DNA from: a virus
Taxonomy: Duplodnaviria; Caudoviricetes
Strand: one strand, 5' to 3'
Virus record (IMG/VR): IMGVR_UViG_3300030118_003426
Span: 1 to 35,343 of that record
DNA length: 35,343 bases
Part shown: positions 8,435-16,948 of the stretch, piece after piece
Layout of the letters: each line of letters opens with the position of its first letter
How positions within the stretch are numbered: position 1 is the first letter of the stretch
The notes under the pieces: model-generated
What the model saw: the letters and a program-made list of their open reading frames with translations, nothing else
What the model was told of the DNA's origin: nothing
Database searches by the model: none
Position numbers and translations under genes: made by a program

Positions 8435-9247
8435 TTAGAATGGTACGTCGTCTTTTGTTTCTTCTGTAGTGGCTTGTGGCTTTTCTTCAAAATCCACTTT
8501 ACCAAAAATGTCAGACTCCATAGCACTTTTGTAAAAAGCTTTAGTAAGTGCTAAAGTTTTATCTTGTCCAGGTTTATTTAGATAAGAATCAAAAGTGACA
8601 TTCCAACCAATCCAAGAGCCTTTGTTATTGGACTCCTGTACTGATTTAAGACGATACACAGTTCCCCAAGAAGGTGGTGTAAAGAAACCTTTTTTACCCT
8701 CTAGTCTTCTGCTTTGTATCATTGAGACCCATAGTCTTGAAATCTTTTTCTGTGTTGATTTCATAGTTACTAAGGCTTGTTCAACAGGCTCATATTTTTC
8801 GTTTAATATGTAAACAAAGTGGTTGCCTGTATCCTCAATGTAATTACCATTCTCAAGACGATCTTTATTATCATCGCCTCTTGAAGTTTTGCCAACAGCT
8901 GCTACCTGTTCAGCCAATGTCTTATACATAGCACTAGGTCTTCCTGGACTAACACCTCTGTCTGCCCACTCATTTAGAGTGTTAATAAACAGACAAGGCA
9001 CTACCAAAATACCTTGATTACCATTGTAAAGACTACCTGTGATTTCGTTAAAGATGTCACCGACTTTTGCGTCTTTGTTGTACTTCGCATCGTTCTGATT
9101 GGTAAAAGGTGAGTTAGCATTTATTAATTTTAAAATAGGTAGCTTAGTATCTTTTGCAGTGACATACTCACTTCCCTGCCCTGCAAATTCTTCAAGTGCG
9201 GATACTGCACCTACTTCTTGTTTTTTCTTGGTTGCGACTTCATTCAT
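8435..9247 (-). CDS. Putative single-stranded DNA-binding protein
   Basis: Position in the replication module and acidic tail ending EETKDDVPF. Confidence 0.6.
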   Translation of the reverse strand: MNEVATKKKQEVGAVSALEEFAGQGSEYVTAKDTKLPILKLINANSPFTNQNDAKYNKDAKVGDIFNEITGSLYNGNQGILVVPCLFINTLNEWADRGVSPGRPSAMYKTLAEQVAAVGKTSRGDDNKDRLENGNYIEDTGNHFVYILNEKYEPVEQALVTMKSTQKKISRLWVSMIQSRRLEGKKGFFTPPSWGTVYRLKSVQESNNKGSWIGWNVTFDSYLNKPGQDKTLALTKAFYKSAMESDIFGKVDFEEKPQATTEETKDDVPF

Positions 9248-9250
9248 TTT

Positions 9251-9802
9251 TTACTCCTTTTTCTTGATGATTGTTTTGTTTGCAACATATACCCCAAAAG
9301 TTTCCATAGGTATAAATTTACCTTGTATGATTTGCTCTTTAGCAAATGCAGTCAAAGTAGATGGTTCTATTTTTTCTTTTTGAGATACTCTATCTGCACC
9401 AACTTGTTTTTTAAGTCCTTCCAACACTTCTGTAGCCAGATTGTCTTCAGACCTTTGAAACTCGATGGTGAGATTGTTTTTAATAATATCGCCGTGATTA
9501 TTATCCCTAAGCCATTGAAATGCCTCAGCTTTATTTCTCTCAGCGATCTTTGCATAATACCTAGGTCTTATGCTTACAGATGAACCATCCGTAAGTTTCA
9601 ACTCAGATATACCAGCTTCGTGCAATAAATCTGGAATTACTTTTTCAGAATATAATCGTTCTTCGTCTTTAAGCTTTTTTAATTCTTCTTCGACTTGTTC
9701 AATTTGTTTCTGAAGTTCCAATAATTCATTGCAAGATAATGCGATGCCTTTTGCAGCATCGGTGTCTACCTTTATCGCGGCAGATTCTGCTTCTAAATCC
9801 AT
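9251..9802 (-). CDS. Replication-module protein of unknown function (N-terminal coiled coil)
   Basis: Start moved to ATG 9802 (MDLEAES) because AAAGGAG lies upstream. Contains EAFQWLRDNNHGDIIK and IEPSTLTAF. Confidence 0.75.
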   Translation of the reverse strand: MDLEAESAAIKVDTDAAKGIALSCNELLELQKQIEQVEEELKKLKDEERLYSEKVIPDLLHEAGISELKLTDGSSVSIRPRYYAKIAERNKAEAFQWLRDNNHGDIIKNNLTIEFQRSEDNLATEVLEGLKKQVGADRVSQKEKIEPSTLTAFAKEQIIQGKFIPMETFGVYVANKTIIKKKE

Positions 9803-9841
9803 AGAAACTCCTTTCTTTCTTAAACTAATAATATTATTACA

Positions 9842-9873
9842 TTGACTTGTCAAATTATTTTTTGTAATAATTT
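9842..9873. promoter_or_regulatory. Divergent promoter region between the replication operon and the SNF2 gene
   Basis: Inverted repeat TTGAC-TT-GTCAA (9842-9853) provides a -35 on each strand, flanked by AT-rich -10-like sequence. Spacings are non-canonical. Confidence 0.5.
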
Positions 9874-9877
9874 CCTA

Positions 9878-11284
9878 ATGAGTTACAAATTTCTTATAAA
9901 ACCCTTTGAACATCAGCGTCAGGCCTTGAATGCAAGTGCTGACAAAAATTTGTTTGCATACTTTATGGAGATGGGTACAGGCAAAACAAAAGTCAGTGTT
10001 GATAATGCTTGTTACCTTTATCAAGAAAGAAAAGTAAATGTCGTTTTAGTTGTTGCACCTAACTCTGTATATAGAAATTGGGAAAGAGCAATTAAAGAAA
10101 ACGCACCTGTTGAAACTACAGTATTTGTTCATAAGAGAGATAAAAAGTTTGTCAAAACACCAGGAAAACTAGCGTTTTTTCTTATCAACATAGAAGCCTT
10201 TTCATCAAAATTGGGTGTACAAACAGTTGGTAAAATCATAGATGAGTATGCACAAACAATGATGGTTATTGTTGATGAGTCTACAAAAATAAAAAACAGA
10301 ACTGCAAAGAGAACAAAATCACTTACTAAGATATGTCGTCCTATTGCATATAAGAGAATACTTACAGGTTCACCTGTCACTAAATCACCACTCGATCTGT
10401 TTAGTCAATGTGCTTTTTTAAGTGAGGAATTACTTGGCTTTACAAATTTCTATGCATTTAGGTCTAGGTACTGTGTAATGAAAACTGTAGGGTTAGGCAA
10501 CACAGGTAAACAATTTCAACTGCCTTTGTATTTCACAAATCTTCCCGAGCTAGAACAAAAACTTAAAACATTCTCATTTAGAGTCAAGAAAGATGAATGC
10601 TTAGATTTACCTAACAAAATATATAACAAGAGATATGTTGAACTTAAGGGTGAACAGCAGCAACACTACAACAATCTCAGAACATTTGCTCGTACTATCT
10701 TTATGGATAAAGAAGCCAGCTACCATAACAAACTGACAGAAATAGTTAAATTACATCAGGTTGCTTGTGGCTATGTCGTATCAGACGAAGGAACAAAGAT
10801 AGAGGTAGAGAACCCTAAGTTAGATGAGTTACTTAACATCATAGAAGAGACAGGTAACAAAATGATTATATGGGCAAATTACATACACAACATAGAAACA
10901 ATTATAAAAGCATTAGAAAGTAAGTATGGTAAAGAATCTGTTGTATCTATTTATGGTGCCGTGCCTGTCAATAAAAGAGAACAGGCAGTAGATGATTTTC
11001 AAACCAAACAACACGTTAGGTTTTTTGTAGGCAACCCAACAACAGGAGGATATGGATTGACTTTGACTGCTGCACAAACTGTAGTCTATTTTAGTAATTC
11101 ATACGATCTAGAGGTCAGACAACAGTCAGAAGATAGGGCACACAGGATAGGGCAAGATAACAAAGTAAATTACATTGACATCATAGCAAATAAAACTATT
11201 GATGAATTTATATTGAAAGCTCTAAATAAAAAAATAAAGATAAGTGGTCAGACTTTGGGTGAAGATGTGTTGGAGTATTTGTAA
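9878..11284 (+). CDS. SNF2-family (SF2) helicase/ATPase
   Basis: MEMGTGKT, IVDES, LTGSPV, GGYGLTL, QSEDRAHRIGQ. Start moved to ATG 9878 (MSYKF). Confidence 0.93.
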   Translation: MSYKFLIKPFEHQRQALNASADKNLFAYFMEMGTGKTKVSVDNACYLYQERKVNVVLVVAPNSVYRNWERAIKENAPVETTVFVHKRDKKFVKTPGKLAFFLINIEAFSSKLGVQTVGKIIDEYAQTMMVIVDESTKIKNRTAKRTKSLTKICRPIAYKRILTGSPVTKSPLDLFSQCAFLSEELLGFTNFYAFRSRYCVMKTVGLGNTGKQFQLPLYFTNLPELEQKLKTFSFRVKKDECLDLPNKIYNKRYVELKGEQQQHYNNLRTFARTIFMDKEASYHNKLTEIVKLHQVACGYVVSDEGTKIEVENPKLDELLNIIEETGNKMIIWANYIHNIETIIKALESKYGKESVVSIYGAVPVNKREQAVDDFQTKQHVRFFVGNPTTGGYGLTLTAAQTVVYFSNSYDLEVRQQSEDRAHRIGQDNKVNYIDIIANKTIDEFILKALNKKIKISGQTLGEDVLEYL

Positions 11285-11979
11285 AACTCATCAACTCTTT
11301 TAAACCATTTCTTTTCATACTCTGCTATATCAGCTTCTGTCATTTTAAAACCTTGATACAGTAAATCTTTTGTGCAAACACATATCAATCCTTGTTTTAT
11401 AGGACCAAAATTTTTCTTATGTGCAAGTGAATATGCAGCTATTTGATATTTATAATCTTCTATCCATTCGTCTTTCTTGGGTCTATTAGATTGTTTAAAA
11501 TCAATAACTGTAGGTAAGTCATCATACACACCAATTAAATCAGACGATCCTGCCCATAGATCCTCATAATGCAGAGTGACTTCTGTGCCATATACTTCAC
11601 TGAACTTGTCAAGATTATCAACAATCTTGTGAGCCATTAATCTAGGCAAACTACCATTAGGCGATAAGTTGAGATACCCAACACCTTGACAATACTGTTC
11701 GAGAATGTAATGCATTTCCGTACCACGCACAGCTGCCTGGTTCGTGATCCGTGCAGCTTGATCGTAACCAACTCTTTCACGCCATTGGTTTAGGGCATCT
11801 CTTTTTTCTTGGCTTTGTGTTTTAGATAATATGGTTGTTACTGATGGTATCTTATGTTCACCAACATTATATGTTCTGCCTGCTGGATCGTCATTCCTTG
11901 TGAACTCATCATAAGGGTATTTTTTATTTATGATAAAATCTGTTACAGTAAAGCTAGTATCACTTCTTACTATCTTCAT
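11248..11979 (-). CDS. PD-(D/E)XK exonuclease (Cas4/MGME1-like phage nuclease)
   Basis: PSVTTIL, RGTEMH, AGSSDL, IDFKQS, YKYQIAAY. Start moved to ATG 11979 (MKIVRSD). Overlaps SNF2 convergently by 37 nt. Confidence 0.88.
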   Translation of the reverse strand: MKIVRSDTSFTVTDFIINKKYPYDEFTRNDDPAGRTYNVGEHKIPSVTTILSKTQSQEKRDALNQWRERVGYDQAARITNQAAVRGTEMHYILEQYCQGVGYLNLSPNGSLPRLMAHKIVDNLDKFSEVYGTEVTLHYEDLWAGSSDLIGVYDDLPTVIDFKQSNRPKKDEWIEDYKYQIAAYSLAHKKNFGPIKQGLICVCTKDLLYQGFKMTEADIAEYEKKWFKRVDEFYKYSNTSSPKV

Positions 11980-12646
11980 CGTCTGGTGCATAAAGATTGT
12001 TAAATGTAGTCTCCCAATCCATATAACTATCATCACTTTCTGCACTATGCAGCCATTGACTTGGTATAAAATCAGGTGCTCCACTACCTGTGACCCACAT
12101 AGCAGGAGAAGTAACTCTTATTCTATTGTTAGGTAATGCAACTATACAACCTGTCCAAGGCCCGCTCGTAAGTCTTAAAATGTGTGATTGTTTATGTTGA
12201 GCTGGATCATCAGCAATTTCTGATTCTGTGTAATCAATAGTCATATAATATTGACCTGTGTAGAACTCTCCGTCAACCTTGCATAGCCAAGGACTTGACG
12301 ATGTTCTGTCATACTTGATAACTGAATGATGATGAGCTGAACAATCCCACGGCTGTGCCAGATGAGTTTTTATGGGGGGAGGCATTTTATCTAATGGCTC
12401 ATCTGCCACAAGAGCAGTGATAGGCATTCGTGCCCACATCGCTCCTCCGTGGGGATTTTCAAGTCTATTCTCTTCGTCTTCACAGCCTGTGAAAATGACC
12501 TGAAAGCTCAGACATCTATCCGGAATAGTGTTTACTGCAATTACATTTGCGTGTAAGAAGTCTCCGTGATATTTATTGTGATTGTGTGTAAATTCTTTTC
12601 TTACCCAAACTTTAAAATAGGGTATGTTACTTGTTAAGTATGGCAT
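11960..12646 (-). CDS. Phage protein of unknown function (His/Trp/Cys-rich)
   Basis: Start moved to ATG 12646 (MPYLTSNIP), since the track's TTG is a -35 box. Motif-like segments HGGAMWARMPITAL, AQPWDC, QHKQSH, ALPNNR. Confidence 0.8.
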   Translation of the reverse strand: MPYLTSNIPYFKVWVRKEFTHNHNKYHGDFLHANVIAVNTIPDRCLSFQVIFTGCEDEENRLENPHGGAMWARMPITALVADEPLDKMPPPIKTHLAQPWDCSAHHHSVIKYDRTSSSPWLCKVDGEFYTGQYYMTIDYTESEIADDPAQHKQSHILRLTSGPWTGCIVALPNNRIRVTSPAMWVTGSGAPDFIPSQWLHSAESDDSYMDWETTFNNLYAPDDEDSKK

Positions 12647-12651
12647 ACCCC

Positions 12652-12679
12652 ATAATAATAATAAGATTAAAATTAGCAA
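12652..12679 (-). promoter_or_regulatory. Putative sigma70 promoter (leaderless transcript)
   Basis: TTGCTA, 16 nt, TATTAT; ATG 5 nt downstream with no SD. Confidence 0.5.
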
Positions 12680-12686
12680 GAAATAT

Positions 12687-12908
12687 TTAAACTACTCTTT
12701 TACCCATTTTTTTTGCTGCAGCTCTTAGTTGTGCTAGTGTCATACCTGTGCTTTTTTTCTTTTTAAGCTTAGCAAGGTTACCACCTTTAGCTTTCATCAT
12801 TTTTGCGCCACCTTTGGCATAGCCTTTAGCCATTTTGCCGCCCATAGCTTTCATCATTTTTGCTCCACCTTTGGCGTAGCCTTTTGATTTCATACGTCTT
12901 CCGACCAT
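12687..12908 (-). CDS. Small, highly basic Lys/Gly/Met/Ala repeat protein (candidate DNA-condensing internal protein)
   Basis: 19 Lys and 4 Arg, no acidic residue in 73 aa; AAGGAG SD; four AxGG motifs. Confidence 0.8.
   Translation of the reverse strand: MVGRRMKSKGYAKGGAKMMKAMGGKMAKGYAKGGAKMMKAKGGNLAKLKKKKSTGMTLAQLRAAAKKMGKRVV
12788..12884. repeat. 40-nt direct repeat, 57-nt period (KGYAKGGAKMMKA twice)
   Basis: 12788-12827 versus 12845-12884, with two synonymous mismatches. Confidence 0.9.
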
Positions 12909-12944
12909 AATTTTCTCCTTAAGGTTTATAAGTTAACTTTCATT

Positions 12945-12973
12945 ATTTTAGTGTATTTTTGCCAGGTAGTAAA
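12945..12973 (-). promoter_or_regulatory. Putative sigma70 promoter
   Basis: TTTACT, 17 nt, TAAAAT, in the intergenic gap upstream of the basic protein. Confidence 0.5.
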
Positions 12974-13029
12974 CCATTAGAAAGGTAAAAAGTTTGCGTG
13001 TATGAGGCTTAAAATCGGTCGTTTTTTGC

Positions 13030-13473
13030 CTAGTTATTAAGCAAATTCGTATTATAAAGTATAAAACCAGCCAGACAAAGTAAAGATGCACCAAGCAACA
13101 TATATGCACATAACATAATTAAATCGTCTCTCTCTTTTTTCTTTTTTGCTATAGCAGCTTGTCTTTTCTTTTTTATATCTGTCCTAATAGCAATAAATTC
13201 ACTCCAAGCATTTGGTGCTCCATATAACATAAACATTTCTCTAAGTTGATTCTCCATATCGTGAACTTGTTTTAACTTGAAGTAAGTACTAAGAGCTTCT
13301 TCATTGGAAGATGTAAACCAACTAGACTTTTCTTTTTTATGCTCTTCCTCCACAGTATTCATTTGACTTACAAATTTAATTATGTGTCCAGAAAGGCTAT
13401 GTAATTCCTTACCTACTGAAATTCCAGATTTAATTGCTGCGAATGCCGAAGTTGCGATACTTATTGGGTCCAT
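13030..13473 (-). CDS. Membrane-anchored coiled-coil protein
   Basis: Start moved to ATG 13473 (MDPISIATSAF). Basic stretch followed by a C-terminal transmembrane segment. Confidence 0.7.
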   Translation of the reverse strand: MDPISIATSAFAAIKSGISVGKELHSLSGHIIKFVSQMNTVEEEHKKEKSSWFTSSNEEALSTYFKLKQVHDMENQLREMFMLYGAPNAWSEFIAIRTDIKKKRQAAIAKKKKERDDLIMLCAYMLLGASLLCLAGFILYNTNLLNN

Positions 13474-13682
13474 ATGACAAGTCCTATTATTGTTACTATA
13501 ATAGTGAGCATACCACTCATCATCCAAAATAACAACTTATCGACTTTTGCCCCAAGCTTATCTATGTCTTGATGCATATGAGTAAGATGGTTTTCTTTGA
13601 GGTTTTTAACTTCTTTCTTAACTCCCTCAATATGCCCGTATATAGAAATTATATGTTCTTTCGTGGTCCGTGGTTCGTGCAT
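13461..13682 (-). CDS. Small coiled-coil plus C-terminal TM protein (XhlA/holin-like architecture)
   Basis: Heptad region followed by LLFWMMSGMLTIIVTIIGLVIW. Confidence 0.6.
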   Translation of the reverse strand: MHEPRTTKEHIISIYGHIEGVKKEVKNLKENHLTHMHQDIDKLGAKVDKLLFWMMSGMLTIIVTIIGLVIWTQ

Positions 13683-16600
13683 TATGCTTGCCTCCTCTTC
13701 AGTGCTATACCTAACTCATCATTTGGAAATATATCTGCGTACTGAACTTGAGGTTGAACTGGAGCTTGTTGTTGCTGTGGGACAACTGGTCTGCCGGATT
13801 CAACATTTGGTTGAGCCATTGCTTGCATTTGATTTTGTTCATTCGCCATTGCATTTTCAATATTTAGATTTGTTCCCGTGACATCTTCAGTTCCCTTAAT
13901 AGAACCATCTATATATTGAGAATACATAGCTCTTTCTTTCAGGTCCATTTTGTTTAATCTATAAACTTCAGGATAAAGATGTGCTTGTGTTTCATCGTCT
14001 AAATCATTTGGATCAAAATCAGAATCTGGTATTAACACAGGTGTATCTTCAATTTTAAGAAGATGTCTTGTTATATCTTCGCCAGTAACTTTCATTGGAT
14101 CAGTGCCTGGAAAATCTTCTTCTTCATCATTTAAATAATTTAAAACTCTTTGTAAGGATTGTCTTTTTCTAGGACTAAGACCAAGTCCTAGAGGTTGTAA
14201 AAGACTTTTCCTAAATTGCTCTCCTGTCACTAAGCCATCTGCATTTTTTATTTGTTTTACTAACATATCTTTTCTCTCGTCTACAGTGTAGATATCTAAT
14301 AAAGCTTTTGCGTTATTTGGATCGTTAAGAAATCCACCAAGTCTTCTTAATAAATAAGTCGGCAATAAAGTGCCTAATAAACCAGCTGGCCCTGCTCCAA
14401 TTGAAAAACCAACAGCTCCACCTAAAATTGTTTGTAGACCTCCAATTGCACCCCTTCTTGCAAGAAAGGTGCTTGTTGATCCCAACTCATTTTCATAATG
14501 TTTTCCTAAAACCTTCATAAGTTTGTTTAAAGTGTTAACGTGTTCAATGCCTTTTTTCGGAACACCATCACCAAAAAGCTCAATTAGTCTACCCATTACT
14601 ACTTCATCTCTTGAATTTAGACCTAATTCTTTTCTAAATTGTTCAAAGTTAAACTGTCCCATATATTGTGGTTCAAATTTTCTAAAGTATTCAGCTACAT
14701 CTTGTGTTTGCACCTCTCCTGGTCTAAAACCTCTTAATATATCTGTGGTGCCTTCTCCTTCAAGAATATTACTTTTTGCAATTGCTGCTTTTGCCTGAGG
14801 TGAAGTTTCTTTTCTTACTTTTAATAATTTTTGTAGAGCATCTTTACTTGTGTCGCCCAACGATCCCAAAACTCGCCCTGCTGTTTTTAAAAAACCAAAT
14901 GATCGAACATCATCTGCTGATTGAAAAGAATTCATATAAGCATCAAAAATGTAACGGCTGCGCATTGCATCAAATAATTTTTTACCAGGTCTCACTTTTT
15001 GTCCATTTGGTAGTTCTTTTACCTTATTATAGCCTATTAAAGTTTTTAACTCTCTTACTGTTTGATCTGAGCCGTTTTTAAATACTGTATTACCAATCAT
15101 TCTAAAAAGAGCTTGTGGTTCAACTGTGCCACCACCCGCTATATTTAACTCACCCATAGATGTAAATAAATTTGCATCTGCCTTTTGACCTAATTTTTTC
15201 AGCAAACCCTCAGAGTATGGACTTATAGTTCTTGAATAAAAGTCATTTGCTTGTTTAAGCATTGTAGGAAAATCTTTCAATATCTCTTGTGAGTTTTTTA
15301 AAAACTTTTCGGCTGCGATTGGGTCTTTGGTCTTAAGCTCCTCATAAGCTTTTCTAATGTCAGGATTATTTAATAATCTTTTTCCTTTACCTGGATTAGC
15401 AATTGAGGCTAGGTCTGTGTCCAAATGTAATTGTATATCCCGTGCTATTAAATTTAGGCGACCCTTACCTTCTTTTTGTATAGCCGCATTTACAAGTTCT
15501 TTCATATTTTGGAAGTTTTTTAAAGTTATATTTTCACCAAGTGCCCCAGTATAAGTTGTTGCTAAAGCTATAAGAGGATGATCAGCATTACTAACTTTAC
15601 CTAGTGTATAATTGTTTAGAACAGTTTCATAAGCCTCTTGCCCACCATACGCTTCAACAAGTCTTTCTTTAAGATTTGCTGAGTATTTTTTTATGTTTTC
15701 TGTAGGTACGATTTTTATAGGACCTAATGGTTTTATGCTTTGATCAAGTTGTTTGTAAATAAGATCGATTAGTTGCATATTATCTGCGTGGTTTTTCTTT
15801 ACTGTATCTAAAAATTCTTTACCAAGTAAATCAGCATATCCCATAGGACCAAGAGTAGAAAGATATTTTCCATAGTACTCAATTACATTTTCATCATATT
15901 TTTGTAGTTGATCAGCAATACGCTTATTAACAAATGGAAATATACCAAACACTTTTGCAAAACTTTTTGTGATTCCACCAAATGTTGTGTTTTTATCGGC
16001 TAATGTTGAAAGTGACACAGGAAGACCTAACTCTTGTGCTGTTTCAGCTAAGTCTCTGGCTTCTCTACCTTTTGTACCAGTTAAACCTTTGCCAAATTGT
16101 CTAAGCAATCTACCCGTCATACCAAAAAGAGCCGTGGCCCCTGCACCATAGAGCAAAGATGTGTTAAATGCGTCAACCCCTTTTACAAACATTCTTGAAG
16201 GCATACTCATTTTATCTATTTGATTATCGGAGATAGAGCCAAGATCCACTGTAGCATTGGTTGCAAACTCAGCTCCAAAATCTACTACATCATATGCTGC
16301 ACTTCCGGCTGCAGCACCTGTCGCACCATAGGCTAGAGATTTTAATTCAGTTCTTAAAGGCTGTGCTAAACCTGCTTGCTCTGCAGCCCTAGCTTTATTT
16401 AGGTTTCTTTTGCCTGAACTAATTACTTTATTTAAAAAACCAGACAAGAAAAAAAATGGTTTTGCTTGAGGTACTTTTCTAAAAGCTTTAAGTAAACCAC
16501 CTGCAGGTTTACCTGTTGTAGATTCAATTTTATCAGCTTGTTGTTTGTATCTTTCAGCCACCTTTAAAAATTTTTCATTGTGAGCTAAACCAAATTTGTT

Positions 16601-16948
16601 TTTAAAACCACTTGCTTTAAAATATTTTTTTAACGCATCTCTGTCTTGATAGTATGCATAAAAAGAAGCACCAATGTCAGCACCAGCTTCCATAGTGGAT
16701 CGTTCTACTGTGAAACCTAGATTTTGTTTTGTAAAACTCTCAATTGGTCTATCTGCAGCAATTGCCTCTGCTGTCAATTCTTTTGCTGCTTGACCTCTCT
16801 CTTCTCCTATTTCTCTTGTATTTTTATAGCCTTTTAGAATACCCCTCTCAAACAAATCATCCATCTCTACAATTTGTTGGTCAGATAAAGCAAAGGGGTC
16901 AAATCTTTTTTCATCTAAAGCTTTTTGAATTTTTACAATATTACTCAT
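13682..16948 (-). CDS. Large internal virion / DNA-ejection protein (1088 aa)
   Basis: Size, helical composition, Gly/Ala hydrophobic segments, and position last in the size-ascending internal-protein series typical of podoviruses. Confidence 0.7.
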   Translation of the reverse strand: MSNIVKIQKALDEKRFDPFALSDQQIVEMDDLFERGILKGYKNTREIGEERGQAAKELTAEAIAADRPIESFTKQNLGFTVERSTMEAGADIGASFYAYYQDRDALKKYFKASGFKNKFGLAHNEKFLKVAERYKQQADKIESTTGKPAGGLLKAFRKVPQAKPFFFLSGFLNKVISSGKRNLNKARAAEQAGLAQPLRTELKSLAYGATGAAAGSAAYDVVDFGAEFATNATVDLGSISDNQIDKMSMPSRMFVKGVDAFNTSLLYGAGATALFGMTGRLLRQFGKGLTGTKGREARDLAETAQELGLPVSLSTLADKNTTFGGITKSFAKVFGIFPFVNKRIADQLQKYDENVIEYYGKYLSTLGPMGYADLLGKEFLDTVKKNHADNMQLIDLIYKQLDQSIKPLGPIKIVPTENIKKYSANLKERLVEAYGGQEAYETVLNNYTLGKVSNADHPLIALATTYTGALGENITLKNFQNMKELVNAAIQKEGKGRLNLIARDIQLHLDTDLASIANPGKGKRLLNNPDIRKAYEELKTKDPIAAEKFLKNSQEILKDFPTMLKQANDFYSRTISPYSEGLLKKLGQKADANLFTSMGELNIAGGGTVEPQALFRMIGNTVFKNGSDQTVRELKTLIGYNKVKELPNGQKVRPGKKLFDAMRSRYIFDAYMNSFQSADDVRSFGFLKTAGRVLGSLGDTSKDALQKLLKVRKETSPQAKAAIAKSNILEGEGTTDILRGFRPGEVQTQDVAEYFRKFEPQYMGQFNFEQFRKELGLNSRDEVVMGRLIELFGDGVPKKGIEHVNTLNKLMKVLGKHYENELGSTSTFLARRGAIGGLQTILGGAVGFSIGAGPAGLLGTLLPTYLLRRLGGFLNDPNNAKALLDIYTVDERKDMLVKQIKNADGLVTGEQFRKSLLQPLGLGLSPRKRQSLQRVLNYLNDEEEDFPGTDPMKVTGEDITRHLLKIEDTPVLIPDSDFDPNDLDDETQAHLYPEVYRLNKMDLKERAMYSQYIDGSIKGTEDVTGTNLNIENAMANEQNQMQAMAQPNVESGRPVVPQQQQAPVQPQVQYADIFPNDELGIALKRRQA

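Noticed and set aside
11248-11979. Cas4 as evidence of a CRISPR system
   Set aside because: No array or other cas genes; stand-alone PD-(D/E)XK nucleases are routine in phages.
12788-12884. CRISPR-like or regulatory repeat
   Set aside because: Only two copies, in frame within a coding sequence, with synonymous differences.
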